Made by a program: the position numbers and the translations under genes. From the NCBI RefSeq assembly GCF_055900595.2, contig NZ_CM148325.1: 64,000 bases of DNA; one strand, given 5' to 3'. The notes beneath the pieces are model-generated. The model had not been told where the DNA came from. It did no database searches and worked only from the letters and a program-made list of their open reading frames with translations. Numbering within the stretch: the stretch's first letter is position 1; every line of letters starts with the position of its first letter. Positions 1 through 13,680 of this stretch are shown piece after piece.

Positions 1-1927
<1,927 letters not shown>

Positions 1928-2104
1928 TGGAGCACCTCAAAAACACCATCATACACTAAATCAGTAAGTTGGCAGCATCACCAGACACTTCTACAGTTAC
2001 CTTGCGGATGGAGATGCAGTCGACAAATTATTAGCTCTGACGGTATAACCCTCCATCTCCACGGAAAACGCAAAACAGCACAAGTCCTGAATGCTTTAAG
2101 CGTA

Positions 2105-3248
2105 GTGACTCTGTTCATAGTTATCGTCGGCGCCGGATACAGCATCTACCCTGCTCAGGGCAGACGCTATGGCTTGTATTTTCCGTCCGCCACTGGTACT
2201 GCCGTAACCCGGCTTGTTCACGTAAAATTTTTGCCGGGTCGCTTGCCCCCTTCGCCGGTTCACTCCCAGCATTCTTCACAGGTGTTACAAAATTTACAAC
2301 ATCAACTGGGATTAATAGCCGGAGGTGAGGCCGGGAAACAGGCAGCAACGGCAGTGGGGCTCCGTTGCAGTGCTGATACTCTTCTTCGCAGGGTTATTAA
2401 TACCCCGGAGACGAAACAGTCGGGCGCGCCTCATGTCGGTATTGATGAGTGGGCGTGGCATCGGGGCCACCATTACGGCACGTTAATCGTCAATCTTGAT
2501 ACTCACCGTCCCCTCGTCCTGCTTCCCGGTTGCGATCAGAGTACGCTGGCGACCTGGTTCAGAAAATATCCGGAAATACAGGTTGTCTCACGTGACCGTG
2601 GCGGAGTCTATGCGACAGCAGCACGTGAAGGTGCACCTCAGGCCAGACAGATAGCTGATCGATGGCACCTGCTAAAAAATATTGGCGATGCGCCTGAACG
2701 AATGATGTACAGACAGATGCCTCTGATACGTCTTGTTGCCAGTGGGTTGTCACCAAAGAAATCACCTAAGCCAGTACTGTCTGTGCCTGTAGCATCGCTC
2801 CGTCGTCCGGAACGCCTTAAACAGCAAACCCGCCAAAAACGGCATCAGCGTTGGACAGAGGTTATGGCACTACATAACAAGGGATGTGGGTTCAGGGGAA
2901 ATATCCCGTATTACAGGCTTATCCCGTATTACAGGCTTATCACGTGTGACAGTCAGTCTCTGGGTGTGTTCAGGAACATTCCCTGAAATGTCAACCCGGC
3001 CTCCAGAGCGAGGACTTCTGGACCCATGGAGGGAGTGGTTAAAAGAGCAACGAGAAAGTGGTAACTTCGGCGCGTGGCTGCAAGGATGGCAGCTGATGCT
3101 GCGGCTATATGTGAGGCAATCAGCAGTCGCTGGAATAATGGGGGGTGTCGAAAGTCATGTAAATTGGCTAAAAATGCTGAAAGGCCAGATGTATGGTCGA
3201 GCCGGATTTGAACTACTCAGGCAGAGGGTCATGAGTCCACTGGCATGA
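2105..3248 (+). pseudogene. ISL3-family transposase, frameshifted and lacking N-terminal zinc-ribbon region
   Basis: Two overlapping frames (2105..2986 and 2886..3248) together resemble ISL3-family transposases (VGIDEWAWHRGHHYGTLIVNLDTHRPLVLL ... RWHLLKN ... C-terminal GRAGFELLRQRV); N-terminus absent, region upstream is IS1. Confidence 0.7.
2904..2939 (+). repeat. Perfect 18-bp tandem duplication (TCCCGTATTACAGGCTTA x2) inside the ISL3-family transposase pseudogene
   Basis: Direct reading of sequence; gives IPYYRL IPYYRL in one frame. Confidence 0.9.
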
Positions 3249-3274
3249 AAATCTCCATCCAGGTTGCGGAAGAG

Positions 3275-3296
3275 CCACTTTTCATCCGTCGTTGAC
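3275..3296 (+). repeat. 22-bp motif CACTTTTCATCCGTCGTTGACA, copy 2, immediately after a GGTTGCGGAAGAGCC stretch downstream of the ISL3-family transposase
   Basis: Exact identity with 1553..1574. Confidence 0.9.
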
Positions 3297-4083
3297 AGCT
3301 TGGGGGGTAGTGCATCTGTACCTCTAGGTCAAAGGAGGTATTCATATCCATATTAACGACTTGAATATGTTGACAGTACTGATTCAGATTAACGAAAAAC
3401 GACCGAGCTTCTCTACTACGCACCTCACCTATCCAGAGGATTGATGAGTATCCGCATCGGCTACGACGGTGCGTAACGATGAGCTTTGAACAGGGCAAAC
3501 TCTTTCATGACCCGGCCTTGGCAGTACATCAATCAGACCCTGTGACCTCTATTTGCAACTGACGTTTGTCGATAGTATTGATGATATGCTAGTGCAGGGT
3601 AAGAAATTACGAAATATGTTTAATCGGCAAGATTTTGAGTAACGCCTCAACATGCTCAATGAGTCATGTGGTCTGATGAGCATAAGGCTTTAGCCAGCTG
3701 ATATAATCCCGAACTATGCCGTAGTTAGGGCAAAGAATGCGGTAGACGGGTAGGCGTAACTGAACTGGAAATACCAGTATTGTTCATTACGATAAGGTGC
3801 GAAGTGAAGCATCGTGAACGGCTTTAGCCTGTTTGCCACAAGAGTAATGACCGTTTTCAATCGGTTTTAGGTGGATGATGAGGGGGATTTTACTCAGTAG
3901 GGACGACGTCAAAGCCTATCCAGAGATAAATGGAAAAGATAGTATTCGAAATTGAGAACGGTTGGGGTTGGTTATCGTTCTGTTTTAGCAACTAAACAAT
4001 AACTCCCCAACCGTTATCATTTCCAGCCCACGATAATCTGCAATGAACATTAAAAATTCACGGCGGCGGTCGCTTTCCTTAAT

Positions 4084-5046
4084 TTACGTCTCCTCTTGGG
4101 AGTGGATAATATGGGTGCCTGTTTCGCCACGCAGTGCCGCGGACAGGCATTCAGGCGTGGTGATAATCACTCTTTTACCTCCACGTTCCAGGAACTCCAG
4201 ACTGGCAAGAATCTTCGGTAACATACTCCCAGGCGGGAAGTGACCCTCCTGCATGTAACGGGCCATCGTTAGGACATCCACTGTATCCAGTGCATGCTGG
4301 TTGGGTTTCCCAAAATGAATACTCACTTTTTCCACGCCGGTGGTGATCACCAGAATGTCGGCGTGAATTTCGCGAGCCAGTAGCGCGCTAGAGAGATCTT
4401 TGTCGATAACCGCGTCCACGCTTTGGTAATCCCCTGCGTCAGTACGCACCACCGGAATGCCACCGCCGCCCGCGCCAATCACCACAAAGCCTTGCTGGAT
4501 CAGAGTCTTAATGGCAGGTGCTTCGACAATACGTTTCGGTTCCGGCGAGGCGACCACGCGGCGATAGCCCCGTCCGGCATCTTCAACAAAACGCCAGTCA
4601 GGGTTTGCCTTTTGTAGTTCATCACGCTGGTTTTCACTAAAGAATGCACCGATGGGCTTGGTGGGATGGACAAACCCCGGATCGTTTTTATCCACTTCCA
4701 CCTGAGTCACCACGGTGACGGCTTTTTTCTCGCCGTGAGGCGCCAGCCGGTTGTTCAGCGCCTGCTGGATCAGATAGCCAATGCCGCCTTGCGTATCCGC
4801 CACACAGTTCGCCAGCGGCGTTAAGGGTAGCCCTTCGCGCTCGTGGGCTATCTCCGCGCGGCGTAAATCCAGACCGACCTGCGGCCCGTTGCCGTGGGTC
4901 AGCACAATGTCGTAATCGGAAGCCAGCATTTCCAGAACCGTATCGGCGACGGCCTTCACCGCCTCCGCCTGATGCTCAATCGACTGGCTGGCGTTATCTT
5001 TGATAATGCTGTTGCCACCAATGGCAACGACCACAAGTTCTTTCAT
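4084..5046 (-). CDS. yahI: Carbamate kinase-like protein (yahI-type)
   Basis: 320 aa, begins MKELVVVAIGGNSI, carbamate kinase fold motifs (THGNGPQVG, GAGGGGIPV); terminal gene of yah-type cluster. Confidence 0.8.
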   Translation of the reverse strand: MKELVVVAIGGNSIIKDNASQSIEHQAEAVKAVADTVLEMLASDYDIVLTHGNGPQVGLDLRRAEIAHEREGLPLTPLANCVADTQGGIGYLIQQALNNRLAPHGEKKAVTVVTQVEVDKNDPGFVHPTKPIGAFFSENQRDELQKANPDWRFVEDAGRGYRRVVASPEPKRIVEAPAIKTLIQQGFVVIGAGGGGIPVVRTDAGDYQSVDAVIDKDLSSALLAREIHADILVITTGVEKVSIHFGKPNQHALDTVDVLTMARYMQEGHFPPGSMLPKILASLEFLERGGKRVIITTPECLSAALRGETGTHIIHSQEET

Positions 5047-5072
5047 AGAATTATCTTCCGTTTGCAGGCTAT

Positions 5073-6623
5073 TCAGGTCGTTTTAGTCTCTTCCTGCTCA
5101 GACGCAGCCACTGTTTCACGGCTATCAATAACATGCTTGAGGGCAAACATAGCAAGCATCATCAGGTAGGCCACAACAAACACAATCGAGCTGCCTTCCG
5201 CAAAGCCAACCGCTGGGGAGTGAATCACGCCAAACAGCGATAACAGTGCTCCAAAGGATGCAGCTATCGCCCCGCGCAGCGGCTTATTCATAATGGCAAA
5301 GATAGCAATGCATCCCCACAGCATGCTGGCCAGCGGTGCACCGCTTCCCAGATGCATCAGTCCATCGTAATAGACGCCTTTGCTGTGCAACAGGTCGCTA
5401 CCAAGTTTCTCAGCGGATGTTCCGGCTGCGCCCATCACGCTGTTAACGATGGTCAATGCCCAGTTGGCGACCCATGGGAACAGACAGATGAAAATGACGG
5501 GAACCTCGACTTTAGGAGTTTCTCGCACCACCTGATTGGCGGTTACCACACCGATAAAAACCAGAATTGGCACTATAGCAGTCATGGGAATAATGGCGAG
5601 CATAAACGCGCCCAACCCAAACAATGGCACCAGAAACATAGTGATGCCTGATGCGAGGGTATAGCAGATACTAGCGCCCATAGCTTTCCAGCCTGCATGC
5701 CCAACATATACGGTTACCGGGAACGGATTACCCAGCATGCAACCGAGCATGGAGGCAAAGCCGTTCGCCATCATGACCTTACGGGTGTTGTATTCATCAC
5801 CAGCCGCGTGCGCACTTTCAATGTTCTCGAGGTCAAAAATGTAGTTAGCCAGGCCCAAAGGAACTGCAGAAGCCAGATATGGCAGAGCGTGCGGCAAACC
5901 TTGCAGGAAGCTCCTTACATGAATTTCCGGCGGGTTGAAGCCGAAGGAAGACATCGACGCTTTAATGTCTTCCGGGCTTTGTAAACCGGATATCCACGCT
6001 AGGGACGTACCAGCAATCAGCAACAGCAAACCGGTAGGAATATGGGGAAAAATCGGCTTCTTACCGAACCAGTTAATGAAGATCAATAACAGGACGATGA
6101 AAGAAACTGTCGGCGCTTCGAACGCTTGCAGCATCGGGTTCATTGCCAGCAGTAATAACCCCAGTCCGGACAGACAAGAAAGCAGCACTGTACGCGGGAT
6201 CATCTTGCGGATAGTCTCACCCAGGAAGGAGCCACCGACCAGGATCAACGCTTCGACAAAGCACCACACCAATCCTATCTGAATAGCAAAGTTGGCATCT
6301 TTGGTTTGCTGATAAACCGGCATCAGCACCAGGAATGTCACGGTAAAGATTGAGGGTGCGCTCGGTCCAGACGGCAGCGCCGTTACATCGCTACGACCGG
6401 TTTTCTTCACCATCTGTAGACCAAACCAGGAGTAGCAGACACTGGCCGCCAGCACTGCAAGACCAAAGGCAGGCGCAATGCGTCCATAGACAATTTCAGT
6501 AGGGATTCCGACGACAAAAATTAGCAGACCCATCATTGTCAGCAGGTTAGTCAGATTGTTGGTCATCAGTCCAAAGTAAGCCGCCCAGTCACCACGTTTC
6601 CATTCTAGTTTTATGCTGTTCAT
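5073..6623 (-). CDS. Polytopic membrane permease (nucleobase/AzgA-like family suspected)
   Basis: 516 aa, highly hydrophobic with many predicted TM helices; sits between DUF1116 and carbamate kinase genes. Confidence 0.65.
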   Translation of the reverse strand: MNSIKLEWKRGDWAAYFGLMTNNLTNLLTMMGLLIFVVGIPTEIVYGRIAPAFGLAVLAASVCYSWFGLQMVKKTGRSDVTALPSGPSAPSIFTVTFLVLMPVYQQTKDANFAIQIGLVWCFVEALILVGGSFLGETIRKMIPRTVLLSCLSGLGLLLLAMNPMLQAFEAPTVSFIVLLLIFINWFGKKPIFPHIPTGLLLLIAGTSLAWISGLQSPEDIKASMSSFGFNPPEIHVRSFLQGLPHALPYLASAVPLGLANYIFDLENIESAHAAGDEYNTRKVMMANGFASMLGCMLGNPFPVTVYVGHAGWKAMGASICYTLASGITMFLVPLFGLGAFMLAIIPMTAIVPILVFIGVVTANQVVRETPKVEVPVIFICLFPWVANWALTIVNSVMGAAGTSAEKLGSDLLHSKGVYYDGLMHLGSGAPLASMLWGCIAIFAIMNKPLRGAIAASFGALLSLFGVIHSPAVGFAEGSSIVFVVAYLMMLAMFALKHVIDSRETVAASEQEETKTT

Positions 6624-6735
6624 GGAATCTCCTTAACAGGTTAAGCATCGTTTGCGATCATGGAGATCGCCCAGCCCTGAAGGTAAACAACGTTTTCCGC
6701 TACTGTGGGGCTAACTGCGTTAGCCCCGGTTATTG

Positions 6736-8154
6736 TTATTGGCAGTAGTGGTCACGCCAGTTGAGGATCGCCTTTTCAAAACAAGTGAACGGCGGGTGAA
6801 CAATTCCTGCGCCGATCATGCCGATCCCTGCGTCTTTGTGCGCAATGGCTGTGTTAATTACCGGCAGAATGCCTGTACTGCCTACACGCGTAATATCGAT
6901 AGCGGTCGGTACGCCCATAAAACCAAGCAGGGGAATGGTGACGTTGGGGTTTTCTCCGAGAGTGATTTCTCTCATTTTACGTGAGAAATCAATAGCTTCC
7001 TCAACTGTTCCGCCCACCAGTGACACAATAGCTGGTGCCGTCGCCATAGCGAAACCGCCAACGCCGTAGGTTTCGGTAATTGCACTATCACCGATATCAC
7101 GTCCGGAATCCTCTAGCTTATAGCCCGCAAACATCGGCCCAATCACCTGCTGCGCCGGACCGGTAAACCACTTGCCCGGCAAACCGCTAATACGAAGACC
7201 GAACTCAACACCATTGCGTGCCATCGTTGTCACCACGGTGCTGTATTCAATGCCGTGCGCAGCGTCCATTGCGGCTTTACACATTGCCATCCATGTTGGT
7301 CCTGAGAAGTAATCACTACTGAGGACAAACTCGAACACCTCACGCTGCTGCTCAACAGGGTAGCCAGTCTGAATAATCCACGGCGTCAGCGTCTGAATCA
7401 GCAGCGCCGTCCCGGCGTTGTTGCGGTTATGGCACTCATCGCCCATATGCAGCGCCTGCGCTAACATCAAGTGCAGATCGATTTCGCCCGCCAGCTTCAT
7501 AGCATCGCGCAACATAGGTCCCAGTACATCTCGCATCCAGTTAAGACGCTCTATAACGCTCTGGTCGTTAGCGCCCATACGCAGGATCTTTGCCATCTGC
7601 TCGCTCATATTGGTATATGCGCGGTTTCCATAGGTTTTGTTCTCGACGATGTGCATAAACATCGATGCAGACGTGACACCCGCCATTGAGCCGACACAGT
7701 CATGTTCGTGGCACGGAGAGAAGATGATTTCACCTGAAGCAGCTAGTTCGGCGGCATCATCCAGATCTTTCGCCAGTCCTTCAAATACCAGAGCCCCGGT
7801 TACTGCGCCCTTCATTGCGCCGCACATTTTTTCCCAGTGGATTGGCGGCCCGGCGTGAAGGATAGTGTTACGGGTCATACCCGGCACGACGTTGATCGCC
7901 TGATCATAGCCAATTAGCACAGGATGCGACTGGATAATGCGTTCCAGCGCCAGCTGATTAGCAGCTGCAATTTTGTCTGCCAGTGGTGAAGCGGCAATGT
8001 CGTCCAGTGCCGTTACCACTTGTATGTTTCCTTGGCCTGGCGGTGTCCAGTCAAGTTGGGTTACCGGTACATTCTGCTTTTTCATGTCATCGCTGAACAT
8101 TTCGATACCGACATTAATAACGTTCAGCGGCTGATTAAACAGTGTCTGGCTCAT
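6736..8154 (-). CDS. yahG: DUF1116-family protein (yahG/ylbE-type)
   Basis: 472 aa; stop/start coupled with upstream FdrA-like gene at 8154; length and context match yah cluster. Confidence 0.7.
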   Translation of the reverse strand: MSQTLFNQPLNVINVGIEMFSDDMKKQNVPVTQLDWTPPGQGNIQVVTALDDIAASPLADKIAAANQLALERIIQSHPVLIGYDQAINVVPGMTRNTILHAGPPIHWEKMCGAMKGAVTGALVFEGLAKDLDDAAELAASGEIIFSPCHEHDCVGSMAGVTSASMFMHIVENKTYGNRAYTNMSEQMAKILRMGANDQSVIERLNWMRDVLGPMLRDAMKLAGEIDLHLMLAQALHMGDECHNRNNAGTALLIQTLTPWIIQTGYPVEQQREVFEFVLSSDYFSGPTWMAMCKAAMDAAHGIEYSTVVTTMARNGVEFGLRISGLPGKWFTGPAQQVIGPMFAGYKLEDSGRDIGDSAITETYGVGGFAMATAPAIVSLVGGTVEEAIDFSRKMREITLGENPNVTIPLLGFMGVPTAIDITRVGSTGILPVINTAIAHKDAGIGMIGAGIVHPPFTCFEKAILNWRDHYCQ

Positions 8155-9701
8155 CAGCCTTCCTCCCCTTTAAATATAAATTCACGTGCCAGTAATCCGG
8201 TGTTGGTGCTACTGCTTGCCCAAATAACCCCGGCATCGGTCAACATCTGACACTGTTTTTTCAGCGACGGTGTATCAAGGTCGGTTCCCAGCACATAGCC
8301 GAGGATCTCAAGCGGGCGACCGTCTGCGGCAGCAATTTCTTTGGCTTCAACAATTGTATCCAGCATCACTCCAACCGGATCTTCATGTGATCCAAATCCA
8401 AGAATGAAGTCCATCACGATCACGCCAACTTCAGGATCCTGTGCTTCCTGCAAGAGCCGGGTAATGCGATTGGTGGGATCGATCATCGGATGTGGTTTGC
8501 CGTTGGTAAAATAATCATCGCCGAAATCGAGGAAGGTATGCGCCACGCTACGGTTGAGATCTGTAAGGCGGAACGCCGGATTCGGGTGAATATTGCTATA
8601 CACATCCGAGAGTTTTTCCATGGCAGTAAACATCGCTTCATCGCATAACGTGCCACCACAGAACAGGCCACGGATATACTTTTGTTGTGGAGTCAGACGG
8701 GAGCGAACCTCTTCAATCAGCTGCCAGTTGAGCGGATGCAAATCCAGACTCTCTTTTTTCACACCAGTCAACAGTACCGCTTTCAAGGCAGCCTCTTTAG
8801 TACCGCGGGCAAACTGTAGGCCTTCTTCATCCGCAGGGGTGGACTCACGTCCGAGGAAACACACCACCACAGGCTTGTGACAGGTGCGCGCACGTTCCAG
8901 CACCTTACGGGCTACCGCTGGTGCAGGAGGTTTGGATATAAGCGTAATGATCTCAGTTTGTGGATCGGCCTCCAGCATGCTAATCGCGTCAAGCATCATC
9001 AGGCCGCCAATTTTTTCACTCATATCGCGTCCACCTGTCCCAATCAGCTGGGAAATCCCGCCGCCAAATTCGTGAATGCGTACGCTCAGCTCCTGGCTAC
9101 CCGTACCGGAGGCACCAATGATTCCGATGTTGCCGCGACGCACTGCATTGCCAAAACACAACGCTGCGCCGTTAATGATGGCGGTTCCACAATCAGGCCC
9201 CATCATCAACAACCCTTTTTCATGTGCCAGATGCTTGAGTTCCAGCTCGTCCTCAAGAGAGACGTTGTCAGAAAACAGCATAACATTGAGGTTATTTTGT
9301 AGTGCCTGACGAGCTTCACGAGCAGCAAACAGGCCATTGACAGAGATCACCGCCAGATTACTCTCTGGAGCATGCTTCTTCGCACTGGCAATCGTGGCAT
9401 AGCGTGCTTCGTGCTGGCCTCCCTGTTCTTTATGCGCAAACAGCTCATCAATCGCTATTAGCGTCCGCTCGTTCGCCTCCTCGCTGGTACCTTTAATGAC
9501 AATCATCAGATCGCCACTTTTCGCCTCTTCCAGCTCAGGGGTCAGCAGACCGAGATTCTTCAGCACCCCCTTATTCATCTCTGTCGCCATAGCAACAAAT
9601 GCCTGCTCAACTCCATCAAGCTTATTTGCGCGCGTGGAGATAGACATCAGTGAAACAGAATCAAAATACGTGTTTTTTTTTACAACTATCCTGATTGACA
9701 T
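8154..9701 (-). CDS. yahF: FdrA-like acyl-CoA synthetase (NDP-forming)/succinyl-CoA synthetase alpha-like protein (yahF-type)
   Basis: 515 aa, begins MSIRIVVKKNTYFDSVSLMS; CoA-binding/ligase-like glycine-rich motifs. Confidence 0.8.
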   Translation of the reverse strand: MSIRIVVKKNTYFDSVSLMSISTRANKLDGVEQAFVAMATEMNKGVLKNLGLLTPELEEAKSGDLMIVIKGTSEEANERTLIAIDELFAHKEQGGQHEARYATIASAKKHAPESNLAVISVNGLFAAREARQALQNNLNVMLFSDNVSLEDELELKHLAHEKGLLMMGPDCGTAIINGAALCFGNAVRRGNIGIIGASGTGSQELSVRIHEFGGGISQLIGTGGRDMSEKIGGLMMLDAISMLEADPQTEIITLISKPPAPAVARKVLERARTCHKPVVVCFLGRESTPADEEGLQFARGTKEAALKAVLLTGVKKESLDLHPLNWQLIEEVRSRLTPQQKYIRGLFCGGTLCDEAMFTAMEKLSDVYSNIHPNPAFRLTDLNRSVAHTFLDFGDDYFTNGKPHPMIDPTNRITRLLQEAQDPEVGVIVMDFILGFGSHEDPVGVMLDTIVEAKEIAAADGRPLEILGYVLGTDLDTPSLKKQCQMLTDAGVIWASSSTNTGLLAREFIFKGEEG

Positions 9702-10509
9702 AATTACCTCCGGACCTGTGGCTCAGGGCGCAGGCATCCGCCATGCCATACAGCATGTCGCATCCAGAACTTGAGCCTATATTTTTTATGTCAGTAACAT
9801 ATTGCGTAGAAATGGGTTGTGGCTCAGTAATAAATTGGTTCAGTAGCCGTCCGACTCTTTCCCGATAACGCTGATTAAATGCTTCCTCTAAAGTTATTTT
9901 GCTGAGAAGCGTTATGTTATTTCCTGCAAGTTGTAATGCTGCTAAGAAATCGTATCTATACTTCCTTAGTGGATGTCCTTGAATAAATAAAATAGTGCTT
10001 AAACCTACTAAATAATCATCCGATGATGGCGTCAGCCCTATTCCAAGACCAATTAACTGGTTGACTGCCGCAGTGATGTTTTCTCCTGTACACAACGCCT
10101 TCAGCAAATTTTTTCGGCGGTTGAGTAATTGGCGAGAAATTTCCTGATAAAATGGATTGTCACCCTGGTACAGAAATAATGTGTCGTTGCTTCTTAGTTG
10201 TTGGCGGATAAACTCTTCCCAATGCTGCCAGCCGACTTTGGCAAGGCTTGCTGAATCAGATGTCCACCGTGGTATTCGCCACATCTGACAACCGGTTATT
10301 TCTATCCATTTATCATTTCCAACAGTTATTCCAGACCCGCTAAAATTGACCTGTTCACCGGGGTGAAAAAGGTCTTCATAATGTGTCAGTGCTAAACGAC
10401 AACTGTTAGGTGCGTTATCACAATCCTCACTCAGTAACGTCAGCAGTCGCTGCTGTTCAGGTATTAACAGATTTACCGCATGGGAAAAAACCTGTTCAAC
10501 CTGGCCCAT
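9661..10509 (-). CDS. yahE: DUF2877-family protein (yahE/ylbF-type)
   Basis: 282 aa; overlaps start of FdrA-like gene by 41 bp; position in yah-type cluster. Confidence 0.65.
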   Translation of the reverse strand: MGQVEQVFSHAVNLLIPEQQRLLTLLSEDCDNAPNSCRLALTHYEDLFHPGEQVNFSGSGITVGNDKWIEITGCQMWRIPRWTSDSASLAKVGWQHWEEFIRQQLRSNDTLFLYQGDNPFYQEISRQLLNRRKNLLKALCTGENITAAVNQLIGLGIGLTPSSDDYLVGLSTILFIQGHPLRKYRYDFLAALQLAGNNITLLSKITLEEAFNQRYRERVGRLLNQFITEPQPISTQYVTDIKNIGSSSGCDMLYGMADACALSHRSGGNYVNQDSCKKKHVF

Positions 10510-10594
10510 TCCCCGAAAAGTGAGAAACGCGCAGTCTGCGGTTAGTGCCCGAAAAGATTGCCGTGATAATATAGCGATAATCGTGCTCCTGTTG

Positions 10595-11200
10595 TCAGGC
10601 TCCAGCCGAAATCAGCAACTCGGCAATTTTGTGGTAGCCTTTTTCTCGCGCCAGCTCCAGCGGGGTTTTACCGTATTTATCCGTCATGTGCGGGTTTGCG
10701 CCATGCTCAAGCAACAGTTTGACGATCTCCTGCTGCTTTTCACCGCCGTCATTCAGCACGATGGCCTCTAGGAGCGGCGTCCAGCCAACAAAATTAGTAT
10801 GGTTGACATTGATATCAGTACGCATCAGCAATTCACGTACAATCTCGACATGGCCTTTTTCGCAGGCAGGTGTAATACCAACACCGCCAAAACGGGTTAG
10901 GCAATTAAGGTCGGGGTTAGCCGGTAATACCGTACGCAACAGTGTTAAATCATTATTCAGGCAGCCAATCAGGAAGGGATTAAAACAAGTTTGATCTTGT
11001 TTATTAATATCAGCACCTGCGGAAATCAATAAAGAAACGCAGTCATAATGTTTATTCAGACTGGCAATAATAATTGCAGTACGCCCCTCGCGGTTAGTCG
11101 CATTAATATCAACCTTTTTATCAAGGCATGATTTTAATCCATCGGAATTACCTTGTTCTGCCGCCAGCAGAAATTCTGTAATGAGTTCTTTATTGGACAT
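10595..11200 (-). CDS. yahD: Ankyrin-repeat protein (yahD-type)
   Basis: 201 aa with repeated ankyrin motifs (GRTAIIIASLNKHYDCVSLLISAGADIN, GKTPLELAREKGYHKIAELLISAGA). Confidence 0.8.
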   Translation of the reverse strand: MSNKELITEFLLAAEQGNSDGLKSCLDKKVDINATNREGRTAIIIASLNKHYDCVSLLISAGADINKQDQTCFNPFLIGCLNNDLTLLRTVLPANPDLNCLTRFGGVGITPACEKGHVEIVRELLMRTDINVNHTNFVGWTPLLEAIVLNDGGEKQQEIVKLLLEHGANPHMTDKYGKTPLELAREKGYHKIAELLISAGA

Positions 11201-11587
11201 AATCGATCTCCTGCTCTTTTTAAGATTTTACAAATATAACAAGCCAAGAATAGCAACAGAATGCATAGAGCACCATCCATTTAAAATTTACTCATCATTA
11301 GACCATGAATTATTGAAAAAAAATTAACAATAATAAGAGAGTGTGATATAGTGCAATATTTCTATTATAGCTGGGGATATTTTAGCCATTAATCCGCAGT
11401 CATATAAATAAAGGTGGTCTGCAGCACGGATAGCTGCCTGTAATTAAAATTCAGATGTGTGATTTCCTTCAAATTAAATGTAAATACGGTGTTAATTTTT
11501 TCAAAACTGATTGTCGGTTATAAGAATTACAAATACATTCAACAATCATCATGTTGTGTATGTGTATTATCGCCAGAGGAAAGAAAG

Positions 11588-12517
11588 ATGAATTCAATAT
11601 TTACGGAAGAAAACTTACTGGCATTTACTATGGCTGCCCGCTATAGAAGTTTCAGCAAGGCGGCGAAGGAACTGGGCTTAACCACATCGGCAATTAGTTA
11701 CACTATCAAGCGTATGGAAATGGGGCTTGACGTGGTGCTTTTTACCCGAACTACCCGTAGCATTGAGCTGACCGAGCCCGGGCACTACTTTTTTTGCAAA
11801 GCAACTGACCTGCTCAACGATTACCACTCCATCATACGTAGAGTTGATGCCATCGCTCAGGGAATTAAATCCCGGGTGCGCATTTGTATTAATCAACTGT
11901 TGTATACCCCTCAGCATACAGCTCGGCTTCTGCAAGTGCTCAGGGAACACTTTCCAACCTGCCAGATAGCTATTACTACAGAGGTGTATAATGGCGTCTG
12001 GGATTCACTCATTAATAACCAGGCTGATATCGCCATTGGCGCGCCCGATACGTTACTGGACGGTGGTGGAATTGATTACATTGAAATCGGCATGATTCGT
12101 TGGTTGTTCGCGATTTCTCCGGCTCATCCGCTGGCGTTTATTCCTGAGCCCATTTCTGAGAGTCAGTTACGTCTGTACCCGAACATCATGGTGGAAGACA
12201 CTGCAAACACTATTAACAAAAAAGTCGGCTGGCTGTTACACGGGCAAGAGTCGATTCTGGTTCCCGACTTTAATACTAAGCTTCAGTGCCAGATCCTGGG
12301 GGAGGGAATCGGTTTTCTGCCAGACTATATGGTGCGTGAAGCGATGGAAAAGTCATTGCTGGTGACACGGCAGATCCACAACCCACGTCAGGATTCACGA
12401 ATGCTGTTGGCAACCAGGCATTCGGCAAGCGGTCAAGTCACTCAGTGGATAAAAAGAGAATTTAGCTTACAAGGAATACTGACGGGGATTTATCAGGATT
12501 TGATGCATCGAGCGTGA
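11588..12517 (+). CDS. yahB: LysR-family transcriptional regulator (yahB-type), divergent from the yah cluster
   Basis: N-terminal HTH FTMAARYRSFSKAAKELGLTTSAISYTIKRME; ORF in track starts 11459 but Met at 11588 gives typical 310 aa. Confidence 0.8.
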   Translation: MNSIFTEENLLAFTMAARYRSFSKAAKELGLTTSAISYTIKRMEMGLDVVLFTRTTRSIELTEPGHYFFCKATDLLNDYHSIIRRVDAIAQGIKSRVRICINQLLYTPQHTARLLQVLREHFPTCQIAITTEVYNGVWDSLINNQADIAIGAPDTLLDGGGIDYIEIGMIRWLFAISPAHPLAFIPEPISESQLRLYPNIMVEDTANTINKKVGWLLHGQESILVPDFNTKLQCQILGEGIGFLPDYMVREAMEKSLLVTRQIHNPRQDSRMLLATRHSASGQVTQWIKREFSLQGILTGIYQDLMHRA

Positions 12518-13126
12518 TGCACCGGATGGCAGTTTTACCTTTCGGTGCATCAATGAGATAAATGAAGGGCAATCAGTGAGATAAATGACGAATTGGAGTG
12601 GGTTACATGGGTTCTGGTGAACAGAAATGAAATTCTTTTTCTCTATGTGATAGACAAATCGGGAATTGAAATCATCCCTACAGGCAACTCAGAATCTGGG
12701 GGCTGAAAACGCTACGAACCATCAGATTTGGATAATATTCATCACCGTTTCGGCCTGATTGTATCCAATCTGGAAGAAAAGTTTCATGATTTTATGGGCG
12801 TTATCCTTATGGTGCTGGGCGACGAGAGTAATACTTCACGCCGGTTTTGTCGGATAATCCAGAAATATAGGGGCAAATCCAAACAGGAAAGATAGGGGGA
12901 GGGACGCGTTTCCGGCACAACCAGCGTTACGTCACCCTGCATTGTTAGTTACGAAAAGCGTACCGGAAACGCGGAACATTCTTTTAACACATTACAGGCA
13001 TTCGCACACATCTTTTTTCTTCTTTGTGCTCTGAACACTGCAGTGCTCAATTAATATTAGCCACGTTTTACAGTAAGAACGGTATCTGTTCTCTGATTCT
13101 TCCGGCGTCAACCCACAGTGTAATTA

Positions 13127-13556
<430 letters not shown>

Positions 13557-13680
13557 TCAGTCTGGTAACTATCGTAAACCGTTCAGTGGGGAGGATATCA
13601 AGAGCACTGTAGCTTTTTAATATCGTTTTTTGTTCCTCCAGGCGACGAACCTGCTTTTCCAGCTCATGAATACGTTGCTA

